Positions 35,144 through 47,390 of a stretch of 64,000 nucleotides of DNA are shown here, in pieces; the first letter of the stretch is position 1, and each line of letters starts with the position of its first letter. Below the pieces are notes generated by a model. That model was not told where the DNA came from and did no database searches. It saw only the letters and a list, made by a program, of their open reading frames with translations. The position numbers and the translations under genes are program-made. The DNA comes from Selaginella moellendorffii (Eukaryota > Plantae > Lycopodiophyta): assembly GCF_000143415.4 (NCBI RefSeq), contig NW_003314346.1:245950-309949 (forward strand), read 5' to 3'.

Positions 35144-38100
35144 ATTGCTTTTAGTGTTCGGATCTATATTTATATTTGTATTTTATTGGTCGAATTTACT
35201 TGGAAATATAGATTAAATCAAAATTTGAAAAATGGAAAGATGTTGGTTCGCGACGAACCAATGTTTTTCTTGTGTTTGAGAAGCCGTGAGCTCAACTCAT
35301 GAGCTCAGCTCGTGAGCTCATGAGCTCAAAACCTACCCGGGCTCAATTCATGTGCACTACATTTGGTATTAGAAAAATTGTCTCAGCAATTCTTATCCAA
35401 CTTTTGTTGGATTTTTTGACTCAAGTTACATATGCAAAGACTTTTCTAATAAATCCAAAGTGACCTATGTAGGATTAATTGAATTGTACCATTTGATAAG
35501 AATGTTGTATGCATGTTCAGTTATTGATAGAGACATGCATGCAATTAGTGAGATGGTGAAAATGAATTGTGTTGATGATGTTGAAACCTCTAGACAAGTG
35601 AATCAAGAGGAGGAAACTCCTGCTAGAGATGTTGTGGAAGATGTTGAGGCTGAGTCAGAAGAGAAAGAGCCAAATGCTGTGGCACTATAGCTTATGGCTC
35701 AGGAAGTGGAGATTGAGAATTTGCAAAGGGAAGTTTGCAAATTGAAAAAAGAGAACAAGAAGAGGAAGAAAGAAGCTGAGGCAACTAAACGTTAAACCTA
35801 AGCAACCAGATTCCTCTTCAAATTCTGAGGACAATGAAGTTTTTCAATTACCCTCGGTTGCACAAGTTTCAAAGTTTAAGCCTCCAAAACCACCCAACTT
35901 TAGAGGCATGTAGGACTATTAGGTTTTGGAAGACTGGAAGATATGGAAAATTATTTCATAGTGGCAAACAAAGATGATCATATGAAAGTTGCGTGCATGC
36001 AATCTTTTCTCACTGATCATGCCAAAACTTGGTGGCGCCAGGTGCATGCTGAAAAAGGGCAGACTAGAAGTTGGACCAAGATGTGGTCTCGTATTCATAA
36101 GGAATACTTATTGGATGATCTTGGTCTGAGACTTCATGTAGAGTTGTGGCAGTTAAAGCTGCGAGGGGACCTTATGCACTACATTAATGCATTTGCTCAT
36201 AAGTGCATTATGATTGTCAATATGAGGGACAAAGATGCTCGAAGTTATTTCTTGGAGGGTTTAAGTGCACTTTCTCGCAATGAGATTTTGAAGTTTAAGC
36301 CGAAGACATACCTGAAGTGTAAGGAGGTAATGCAGCAAGTTGCCTTTAGTCACTCACTTATGGAATAATATCATCAGCTATATATTAGTACCTCGGACAA
36401 GAATAAGAATTTTGAGAATAAACAAGGTGATTGGAAACAGAGGGAGGAAGGAAGGTTCCACCCTGGAGGCTCATAAGCAACAATTAATAAAGGTGCTAGT
36501 GGTTAGAGACCACTAGCAACTTCTTTTGGTCTTAGGCCCTTTGTTCCTCCTCTTGGTGGGTACAAACAATAACAACCTACAAAACTTGCTCTTAGCGGAA
36601 TAGGTAGTGTGGGTCATTAGAGAGTCAGGACATAGGTTCTTGGAATGTCCCAACAAGCATAAGACAAGGCCTTGTGTTAATATTATGAGGGAAGATAGTA
36701 GTGGTGAAGCTGAAGGGGTTGACGAGCTGGTCAATACAGACTATGAAGAAGAGGAGGTGAGTTACTTTCGTTATTTTCCTCAAGTTTTTCTCACAATCAA
36801 TGCAAACACTGATCTGTTCATGTATCTCGTAAACTTTGTCTACGGACACCTAATCTAAGTGATGATTGACATAGGAGCTATGCACAGCATGATATCCGAA
36901 GGTTTACTTAAGTTGTTAGGATTGAATGCTAAGCAAATGTCGCTCATACACTTCCAATTTACAGAAGGTGGGCAAGTAGCTAGAAAATTTGTGAGTGATG
37001 TTCCAATAAAAATATCCAAGTGGAAAAAAAGAGTGGACTTGGTAATGTTGAAGATACCAAATTTTTAGATGGTGTTTGGTATAGATTTCTTCAACAAATA
37101 TATTAAAGGGATTTATGGTGCTGAACAAAATTGCATCACATTGAAGTCAAAAAGACATGTCCTAGTTGCAAATGTGCTTTTCAAAGGATTGAGATGTTAA
37201 GTTTATGACTATGAGAGTTGCTCAAAAAGCAACTAAGAAGGGCTATTGGACCTTTTAGATTCAAGTGATGGAAGTTAAAAGTGTTAGTGACTTAGTTCGA
37301 ATCAGTGATGGGGTTAATCCTGTACCAAAGAAGATATTGGAATTTTTGGTAAGGAGTTAGGATGTTTTTTTGAAGGATTTGCTACCAAGGCTACCTCCTA
37401 GCCGTGAGGTTGATCATTGGATTGAGGTCATTCCAGATTCTAAACCATCTACAAAAGCTCCACATCATTTAAACATCAATGAGATGGCTAAACTCAAGAA
37501 GAAACTCATGGAGCTTCTTGACAAAGGTCATATCCGACCAACCAAGTCACCTTATGGAGCGCTGGTCTTTTATGTTATTTAAAAAGATGGAACCATGAGG
37601 ATGTGTATCGACTATCGGGCACTTAACAAGATCACGGTCAAAAATAATTATCTTTTATCTTGTATTGATGACTTGTTTGACCAACTAGTAAAGGCTAATT
37701 ATTTTACGTGACTTGATTTACAGTTTGGGTATCATCAGATATGGGTGGCACATCAGGATGTGGAGAAGACAGGTATTAAGACTTGGTATGGATCTTATGA
37801 GTTCCTTGTCATGCCATTTGGGTTCTGCAATGCTCTAGCAACATTCAATAATATGATAGATAGAATATTTGGAAATTATTTGGATACATTTGTTGTTCTA
37901 TATATCAATGATGTTCTAGTCTTCAGTGAAACGTTGGAGGATCATTTGAAACACTTGGAGCTGGTGTTTCAAAAATTGCGTGAACATAAACTATATGCTA
38001 TGGAAAGTAAATGTGCTTTTGGACAATTGTGCGTGAACTTTCTTGGACATATAGTTGGTGGTGGCGTAATTGAGGTGGATCCAAAGAAGGTGGAAGAGGT

Positions 38101-38643
38101 GAAGTCTTGGAAAGTTTCGACCACTATATCAGATGTTCATTCCTTTCTCAGTTTGGCAAGATACTATTGCAAGTTTGTCCACATTTTTGCTCTTCTATTG
38201 ACTAAGTTAACAAAGAGTAGTATACCATTTCATTGGACATTAGCTTGTCAGCATCCTTTTCTATGATTGAAGGAGATCTTAACAACAATTACTGTTCTTA
38301 GGATTCTGGGTCTTGATAAACCCTTTGAAGTGCATCTAGCTATGCTATTGGTGCTATGTTAAAGCAAGATTGTGACAAAGTGGTTAGTGTCACGCTAAAG
38401 TGATATAGTTGTTCTATTGCATTCTATTCCAAGAAATTAGATGAAACCTAATGAAAATAGCTAATGCATGAGAAAGAGATATTTGCTATAGTGTTGGCAC
38501 TAAAACACTGGAGACACTATTTGGGTGGACATACCAAGGTTTATATAGATAGTAACACACTGAGTTACTTTGCTATGCAACCTAAGTTTATGCCAAAGCA
38601 GGTTTATTGGAAAGAGAAGTTCACTAGATTTGATATTGAAATC

Positions 38644-39068
38644 TAGAGAAGGGAGAAAAAGACAAGCTCAAGGATTCAAGCTTAGGAAAGTAAACTTGAA
38701 AGGTTCAAGGTTAGGACTATATTCCTAACCTTGACGTGAGCAGCAACGACTATAAAAGTAGGATTTAGAATGTTTTTAGACTTATCCCTAATAAAAAATG
38801 CATTGCAATACATCATCATTCTGTGTATCTCTTTGGCTCTTCATGGCAATGGCAATGTTTTACTTACCCACCACCTTCAAGGGATCAAAGGCGTGGGACT
38901 AGCACCTTCAAGCACGTGTTCACAGTCTCTACTTGGTTTGGCACAAGCAAGTAAGTGCACTCTTCTCGTAGTGTAAATTTAGATTTAGGGACTAGATTAG
39001 ATTTGAAACTCCTAGGAAGATCTCGTGTGGACATTTTCCTCCCAGTTTAGAGATTCCAGGAGTTTTCA
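38644..39068. mobile_element. Solo-LTR-like 425-bp insertion in element B pol
   Basis: 5-bp TSD AAATC (38639-38643, 39069-39073); T(A)...CA ends; removal rejoins FDIEI-IYKP. Confidence 0.8.
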
Positions 39069-42000
39069 AAATCATTTATAAACCTAGTAAAGACAATATT
39101 GTTTCGGATGCATTGAGTCATCCGGGCAATATCAGCAATCAGTTCGGACTGGTTGGAGGACGTTTGAGCTTTATATGGAAGTGATCCATTGGCGAAGGCA
39201 ATCTTGCACCATGCGGAGTTGTTGAAGCAAAACCTTAGTAGTGAAGTAACAAAAGTTATTAATCATACCACTTCTCAATTCGAGACGGGCTTATTTTTTA
39301 TAAGCAAGAGAGATTGTATCTTCCCTCTAAGGATCTGCAGAAGTGGTTTCTGTGGGAACATCATGATGTTCTAGCAGCAGGACATGGTGGAAAACGCAAG
39401 ACTCTTGCTTAATTGAAAAAGGGATTTTTCTAGTCTGGTATGGAAGGTGATGTTGCGGACTATGTTTGTTCATGCCCTCCATGCCAGCAATGTAAGCGCA
39501 AAATTGAGAAGCAGGTTGGAAAGTTGCAGTGCATTCCAGCACTGGCATGGCTCTTTCAAAGTGTGACACTTGATTTCGAAATCGGACTTTATGGTTTATG
39601 GTCACAAAGTGTGACACTTGATTTCGTCACTTGTTTGCCAAAGTCTAAGGGTTATGATACTTCATTTTCAAAGATTGCACACTTCATTCAAACTGTGGAA
39701 ACAGTGAATGCAAAGCAAGCAAAAAAACTTTTTTCTATGAAGTAGTGTGGGTTAGTGGTCTTCTTGAAGAGATGATCTCGAATAGAGATTCAAGGTTTAT
39801 GAGGAAGTTTTAGGGCACACTATTCTAATTGTTTGGTACCAAGTTGAAGATTAGTATAGCTTATCATCCTTAAACTGATAGACAGACCGAACACGTGAAT
39901 GCTCATGAAAATTATATGCAGTACTATGTCACGGCGAACCAACGCAACTGGGTTGAGTATTTAGACACAACAGAAATTTATTACAACAACACATTTCACA
40001 ACGCTATTAGCTGTTCTCCATGGGAGATGCTACAAGGGAATGCTCATGGGGTTCCTCAACAAATTGTTGTACCAAAATTAATGTCTGAAGTGTTGGTCCT
40101 AGCCATTGAGACTTATACGGAGCAGTTACGCCAAAGTTGGTCTAGAGCAATTGAGGCAATGGGTAAAGTTCAAGATAGGTATCAACGTGATAAGGATCAG
40201 CATTGTCGGGATGTATCCTATCAAGTGGGAGATCAAGTGTGGCTATCTTCCCAAAACTTGAACATTAAGGGATTTTTGTCTCAGAAGCTATTACCGAGTA
40301 TATGTTAGACCCTATTGGGTGTTGAAACGAATTAGTGATGTATCTTTTTAGTTGGATCTTCTTGCGGAGATGTCCAATGTTCATAATGTGTTTCATGCCA
40401 ATCTATTGGCTCCGTACACTATAGATGTTGCATGACACGAAGAGATTTGTCTGCCACCAAACATTGTGGATGGTGAACTAGAATATGAAGTTGAAACTAT
40501 CTTGGATTCTCAGTTTCGGAGACAAGCTCATGTGAAGGAATATCTAATTAAGTGGAAAAGTTATCTGACTTGTGAATCAACTTGGGAACCTCTTAGGAAT
40601 CGTACACATACTCGTGAACTTGTTATGGAGTATGAGAATTGTAATAAAGACTAGCTTTTCTAAATCTTGTAATAAATCTTGCAAATCAATAAAGTAATAT
40701 ATTTCTATACATTGAAGTTTCATTTCTCTCATTTGTTAGTACTTGGGTCAGTTTTGGTAGGTTGACTTCGGCACTTCGGTGCATAGGTTCAATCCATAAC
40801 CATAGGGATAACTATTATAGATTGATCACAAGTCCCCACCTCTCTCTCGATGACTCATTTTTTAAAAGGGGCGTGGTTGTGTAAATAACTTCATCTACCA
40901 ATTTATAATAGTTGTCTAAATCTTCCCGACGGGGTTGATTTCTTGCTCAGGGGAAGTTGGGCCTTTGGCCTTCTCCATATGTCCCTGCAGGTAGGGATGT
41001 ATCATTCCTTTGTAAGTCAAGTGGTACTTGGAGCAACAAGGGTGGCTAACTCTATTAGTCATTTCCTTGTTGGTGATGGCTGGAGGGTGTTTGGGTCTTA
41101 ATGTCTTTGGATGTAGAGGAGAGGTCGTTCCATGCTTCATTTAAGTCAGTGTGTTTCCCACATAGTGTGCTTTCCTTTAACTTTCTGAGTTGTTTCCTTA
41201 ACGATTTGCTAAACTCGGGTATGCATAAACGAGGATGTCGATCTTCCCTAAGGGGGGGAGAGTGTCGCAAATGTGACTTCGGATATCAAAAGATACTTGT
41301 CGGCCAATCCTTATGGACACTCTTTCCTTACTGCCATAACGGTAGGAGATCAGTACAGTTGGATCCCTTTGGTAACCCCTATTGTGCTAATGGAATTAAC
41401 TGGGCATTTTGAGTATACTTAGATTGGACGAGCATAAGGATGGAATTCTTACATGCTATTAACTAAGTATACCTAGCCTGGTAAAAAGTTCCCGTCTCGT
41501 TATGTCTTGCACTAACTAGTGACAAGAACCCTCGCATATTGAAACTAATCCTTCAATATCACTAAATGATAGCTTATCGTGTCTACCAAACACCCTCACT
41601 ATCATGCCCTTTGTGTTAGTCTCATTCCAGTCGCAAATGCTATTTATGGAAGGTGTCTAGTTTCACTCATTCGGCATATTTACGGAATGTAAAGATTGTC
41701 TTGAACACAATGGTGCTCATCCCGTGTCTAAATTCACAATCTCAGGACATTCCATATTTAGTAAGTTTCGAGCTTGTCCTATAGACTAACTTCTAGTACT
41801 AAGGAAGGCTTGGGGTAAAAGCCTAAAGCGTGGGGTATAGGGGGTTCCAATGTATAGTAGGGATAGTGGTTGGAATGCATGTTTGACTACCTAAGATATT
41901 AGTTTGGCTCCCACTAGGCTATGTCGTTCTTTATTCTACATCTGACTTGGGTTTAAGCACAAGCTCCATGCTACTCTAGTCAATGGGGTACCCTCCTCCT

Positions 42001-42499
42001 CGTGTTAGACCACTGATATGCCAAAATTGTACTAGATACCGTCTGATACTATTTTGCGTGTAGGTGCTAGATATGGGGAGCTGGTGCTCATGGGATTATA
42101 CTAGACCCTCGTTTCGTAGCACAACGGGCTTGGAGTTACACTCCAAATTCAGGTGCGCTATACAAACTTAGAGGAAGTCTACTTTCACCTATGGTATATA
42201 GAACAACTTATGGAACCATTGATAGGCTAACATTAATCCTACCAACTCAAATTGTAACCTCAAGTGGTTAATATGCTTCACTCACGAGCCCAAGCATAAA
42301 CTTGTGCAAAATGGTACACTTCAAATGCATCTTGCCCATATTTACTGGAAAATATGTTTGATTTGTAAAAACCTCATTCACAAACAGGCGTTCACATACG
42401 CATTCGCATTTGGTTTGTAGAGGGTTGCCAAGTTAAACGAATATTCTAAATTAAACTAGAATCTCTTACAATCTTTTACGTTTCTTTCCGAGGGCGGGA

Positions 42500-45400
42500 G
42501 GCAATTGCTAGTGCAATGGCTTGCTGAGCTATCTCTTCTGATTGTCTAGAGAAAAGATGAAACTCCTTGTGGAATTGATTCACTATCTACAGTGCAGCTT
42601 ATGAGCAGGCCATGGGCAATGCCCTTGGACCTACAAGTTTTGCAATGAGTTGAAATCTGGTTTGTTGAAGAGATTGATTGCGCATATAGGGAGGGTCCCA
42701 AGGGAAACAATTGAGGTTTGCTACAGTCAGGTGCCCTTGAATGTGCTCAATAAATGAGAATGAAGTTCTTCAATGATTATCATCACTGTGAACCACCATA
42801 AAAAGATTGTGAGACACAAATCCCTAAGCTCCAAAGTGGAGCTGAAAGGGTGCCACATGGTAGTGGCCGAAGCAAAAGCCAAACACATGTAACACATTTG
42901 GACTAAAAACTCCGACTTGAAAAGTTGAGAGTGGGAGTGGAACTCCCAATGAAGTGCTCGAGGAACAAGTACGAAGCGAGAAATAAGTGAGTCTCTAGAA
43001 AAGGGACACAAGAGGACCAACACATGACACATGGAAGAGTCCGAGATGGACCCAAGATGAAGTCCGAGATGGACCCAAGATGGAGTCCGAGATGGACCCG
43101 AGATGGAGTCCGAGATGGAGTCCGAGATGGAGTCCGAGATGGATCCGAGATGGAATCCGAGATGGACCAAGATGGAGTTTGAAATGGATCCAAGATGGAG
43201 TCCAAGATGGACCCGAGATGGAATCTGAGATGGAGTCTAAAATGGAATCAATAGAGTCTGAGGTCAAGATCAAGACTGGGACCAGGACCAAGACCGAGAC
43301 CGAGACCAAGACTGAGACCAAGACTGAGCCCAAGGTTGTGACCGAGCCTGAGTCTAAGTTTGAGTCTGAGTCCGAGTCCAAGTTTGAGTCTGAGGGTGAA
43401 AACCCAAAGTGTTCATCTCCCAAACCCTAGGGGGTTTGGTGAGCTCCAAAAGTATAGTAGGGGAAGGACTCTAGTGGAGCCAGTTTGGCTAGGAAAAACT
43501 AGTTTGGCCCAGGAAGGTTGTACCCAGGTGTTGGGTGATAGGATAACCACTAGGAAGTCCAAGGCTAGAGTGAATATGGACCAACAAGCGGGGTAGTTTG
43601 GTGAAGTGTTCAAGAGCCGGCTCTAGTTTCCCCAGGAGATCGAATGGCCGATGCTCCTAATCCAAGTGTGGGTGGCACTACCTACTTGGATACTTGGCAT
43701 GGCTCAACGGAACCTTGCTCTAAGCCCATGGCTAAGACACCCAAAGGTGGAAGGTGGGGAGAGTACTCATAAGGCTCGCATAGGGCTACGGTGTTCCGAA
43801 ATGTTGTCCCAAAGTTCCAGACTATGGAAAGGAAAAAAAATGGTCCTTTGGTGTAGTGACTAATGATACGGTCATATAGTGAGGAAGTCTTAGAGGACAA
43901 TGGGACTTAGTGGTCGGGCTTGTGGGCTTTGTCCTAGTGGCAGTGTTGGCGAACACGGCTATGGATAAAAAAGGGACTTGGTAGAGACTATAAAAGGGAT
44001 ATTGGGGAAGGTTGTTCCCCATGTCTGCAGGCATCTTAAGGATGTTAAGGAGTGGATCTAGAATGGTAACTCATGGACAGATGGCCCAGTCTTTGAGAGA
44101 TGGGATTGCGATGCAAGTGGTGTTGGACCACTGGTGTGACCAAGGTGAATGGGCATGGCTTTAGCGTAATGGGCTGGTATGTCAGTGGTACCTTGGGGTG
44201 TCGGTCATGGGATCAAACACGTGGAGCACTTGGACCAAGTGTAATGGTTGAGTGGTATAGATGTCATTCTTGGGGCTAATAAGCCCCTAAGTCTTGAATA
44301 AGACTTACGGAGGTTGTGAGTGAGACTCCTCCAAGTGGTTGAAGGTGTGGTTAAGTGACTAAAGTAGAATGAAAAATTTAGTCGCTTACAAAGATGGTCC
44401 TGCTATTTGCATTCAGGAAGATTTTCAAAACTCCTTTCCGGAGATTGGCTTCTACTACCTGCCCATCAATTGTGAGTCATGGAACATCTTCATTTCCACT
44501 GGGTAGTAATATTCCAAGTCAACAAACCTTGGCTACGACAATGTATTTTGCTACTTTGAATGATAATAATGCAATAGATGCCCAAACAGGGCAAGCACTC
44601 TCTGGAGGACTTTCCGGCGGGCAACAATGAAGCAACATGTCAAGTCCTATGAATTCTAGTGGGGGGACACAACTGGGCATGGCTATTGGTAGAAAACAAA
44701 ACTTGTATACAACATGGCAAACTAGAGCTATATTGATGTAGATGTTGTTGTTCACAGATTCATCAGCAAAACTGCACAAGCCTTCAATGTTGTGAACCGC
44801 CCATACTAGAAAGAGATGCTTAGCGCGGTGGGGAAAGCTAGTCCGGGCTACTTCTCAATGTCTCCAAAGTATGAAGCAATCTAGGTGAAACATTTGAATG
44901 AGGAGTATGAAAGCTTGAACTCAAGGCTAGATGTTGTGTGTGAAGGCTGGAAGCGATTTGGCTGCATGATTGTCACTGATAGCTAGCAATGCTCAAGGAA
45001 ATGAAGCATTGTGAATGTGATGGTGGTGAGCATTCATGGATCAGTGTTTCTGAAATCATTTGATATGTTAGAGGAGAAGAAAACCGGTCTCTGGTTATGG
45101 TCGAAGTTAAGGCTTGTTCTCATGGAGGTTGGAGTTGAGAATGTGGTTCAAATGATAACTAATAATGGCTCCAACTTTGTTTGCATGGGGGATTTCATGA
45201 AGGAGGAGTTTCTGAAGATTGTTCATGGTAGATGTGTTTGCCACTACTTGAGCCTCCTCTTGAAGGATATTGCTAACCTTGATTGGGTTCAACCTTGTGT
45301 GAGCGGTTGTGAGAAAATCATCAATTTCATACTGAAGAAGACAAGCCTAGTTATATATTCTTGAGACNNNNNNNNNNNNNNNNNNNNNNNNNNNNNNNNN

Positions 45401-46230
45401 NNNNNNNNNNNNNNNNNNNNNNNNNNNNNNNNNNNNNNNNNNNNNNNNNNNNNNNNNNNNNNNNNNNTCAAAATGGTGGTTTTTGGCATTGTTATGCTAA
45501 GGTTTTGCTGGTGATAGAACCGATTTTGAAGGTTCTGAAGCTAGCAGATCAAGAAGGAGCAACCTCAGAGCTTTTGTTTGAGGAGATGGATCAAGCTCAA
45601 GAGGCTCTTCAGGTTTTGGCTGTGAACAAGATGGTTGCTGAAGAGAGGATCAATGCCATCAAGGATTTCATCTTTGAGTTGAGCATGGAAGAGCTTGACT
45701 CAGTGAATCTCCAGCTGCAAAGCAAGAGTCGATGGAAAATGCTCCACTCTACGCTCCAAAGTGCTGCTCATTGTTTGAATCCTCTCTGATTGAGCTTCCC
45801 AGAATATTCTGAGGCAAAGAGTGATCTTCACAATTACTTTGAGCTGGTGGCTGGAGCCGAGAACTATGAGAAGCTCACTTTCCAATATTGGAGTTTCAAG
45901 GAAGCTGCACCACAAGAGATGTCTTGTGCAATTGCCAAACATTGAAAAATGCAGCTCCATCTATTGAGCTGGTGGATAGAGTATGGATCAACATTTCCGG
46001 AACTTTAAGAGATCACTATGCATGTTCTCAGCCAAACCGTATCAGCTTCAACCTCTAAGTGAAATTGGAGCATTTGGAGCATCGTGCAGACAAAGAGGCA
46101 AGCTTGATTGCTTGCGAAGACCATGGAGAAGCTTGTCTTTTGCTACAACAACTTGAAGCTACTCAAGGAGATCGAAACACATGAAATGAGGCTTTTGAAA
46201 GTGAATGCAAATGAAATAAAGGTTGAGCCT
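42500..46230 (+). pseudogene. hAT transposase pseudogene (BED finger, DUF659-type core, dimerisation domain)
   Basis: BED-like ..FCNELKSG..RLIAHI..CP; VGVENVVQMITNNGSN, CVCHYLSLLLKDI; WWIEYG..VLSQTVSAS..NWS; many stops. Confidence 0.88.
42808..44390 (+). mobile_element. Solo LTR related to element A LTR, inserted in the hAT gene
   Basis: TGTGAG...CTTACA; perfect TSD AAGAT on both sides; 12-mer GAGTCCGAGATG array at ~43035-43390. Confidence 0.9.
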
Positions 46231-46569
46231 TAATGGATTAGAATTCTTTTGATGCAGGAAACACTCAAGGAGATTGAAGTGGAGCTACATGTTGAAATTG
46301 AGGAGGTTTGTGATGATGAGGTAGGGATGGGATCAAATGTTGATGATGAAGAAGAGGAAGTGTGATCACCACTGTTTGTGTCTTTGAATTTGAATTTCAA
46401 GTTTCAATGTTTCAAATTTATTTCTTTTACATATATTTAGGGTTTCTTTACATTTGAATTATGCAAACCACAACCTAAGGAGCAAAGGGATCAAAGCACG
46501 GAACGAACAGTTTTAGAGTATTTAATATCTCAATACCAAAACCAGCACACAAAATGGAGCTAAATAGAG

Positions 46570-47390
46570 TTTAACACTATTTTAGCATAATAGTGGCCTA
46601 ATGTGAAGATATAGGTACTCCACTAACTAGCATAATATGGAATTTTAGTTTAGACCCAACTTGGACGCAAAACAAGGACAAATCTAACCTACCCATTATC
46701 CCTACTATACATTTGAAACCCCATATCCCCCCCCCTAAGGAACACACATTTTGGGCTTTCACTGTTAGCCATCTTTAGTACTAGGAGTTAGTCTTTGGAC
46801 AAGCTTGAAACTTACAAAATATAAAATGTCCCTAGATTGCAAATTTTGTTATGGGATAAACACTATTGTGCTCAAAACAATCTCTACATTCCATAAATAT
46901 GTCAAATGAACAAATTTAGACACTTTTCATAAAGAGCATTTCGGACCAAATGGTTCTAACACAAAGTGCATTTTAATAAGGGTGTTTGACAGACATGATA
47001 AGTTATCATTTAGCAAATATTAAGGAAGGCGGAAAACGCCCGACGTNNNNNNNNNNNNNNNNNNNNNNNNNNNNNNNNNNNNNNNNNNNNNNNNNNNNNN
47101 NNNNNNNNNNNNNNNNNNNNNNNNNNNNNNNNNNNNNNNNNNNNNNNNNNNNNNNNNNNNNNNNNNNNNNNNNNNNNNNNNNNNNCCCTCAAACACCGAC
47201 GACACCGCGAAGGGATTTAGGATTTCTTTCCTTAGTGCCCTTTCGGTCTAAGTGCACATGTGATGATCAGTTTCTCAACTAGCTTATGCAGAGACTAATA
47301 AAATATCCAATAAATACCGACCTTCTACCATCATTGTAGTAAGGAAAGAATATCCAAAAGGACTAACCAACAGGTAACTTCAATACAAAA
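46570..47390 (-). repeat. Degenerate LTR of element-B-related family (contains N gap)
   Basis: Reverse-complement similarity to 17494-19035 and 41263-42162. Confidence 0.65.

Larger units (their letters stand above)
26136..35344 (+). mobile_element. Mutator-like (MULE) DNA transposon copy 1, two divergent genes
   Basis: Perfect 9-bp TSD AATTCATGT (26127-26135, 35345-35353); ~20-bp imperfect TIR GGGGCTGGGTAGTTTTTGAG / GAGCCCGGGTAGGTTTTGAG; removing it restores the host LTR end. Confidence 0.93.
25291..42162 (+). mobile_element. Full-length degenerate Ty3/gypsy chromovirus (element B)
   Basis: 5' LTR 25291-26135 + 35354-35361; PBS TGGTATTAGA (tRNA-Met-like) at 35364; gag ~35850-36660, protease 36859, RT ~37370-38100, RNaseH, integrase, chromodomain 40466-40654; PPT 41250-41262; 3' LTR 41263-42162; TSD CAAAT/CAAAC. 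Confidence 0.92.
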
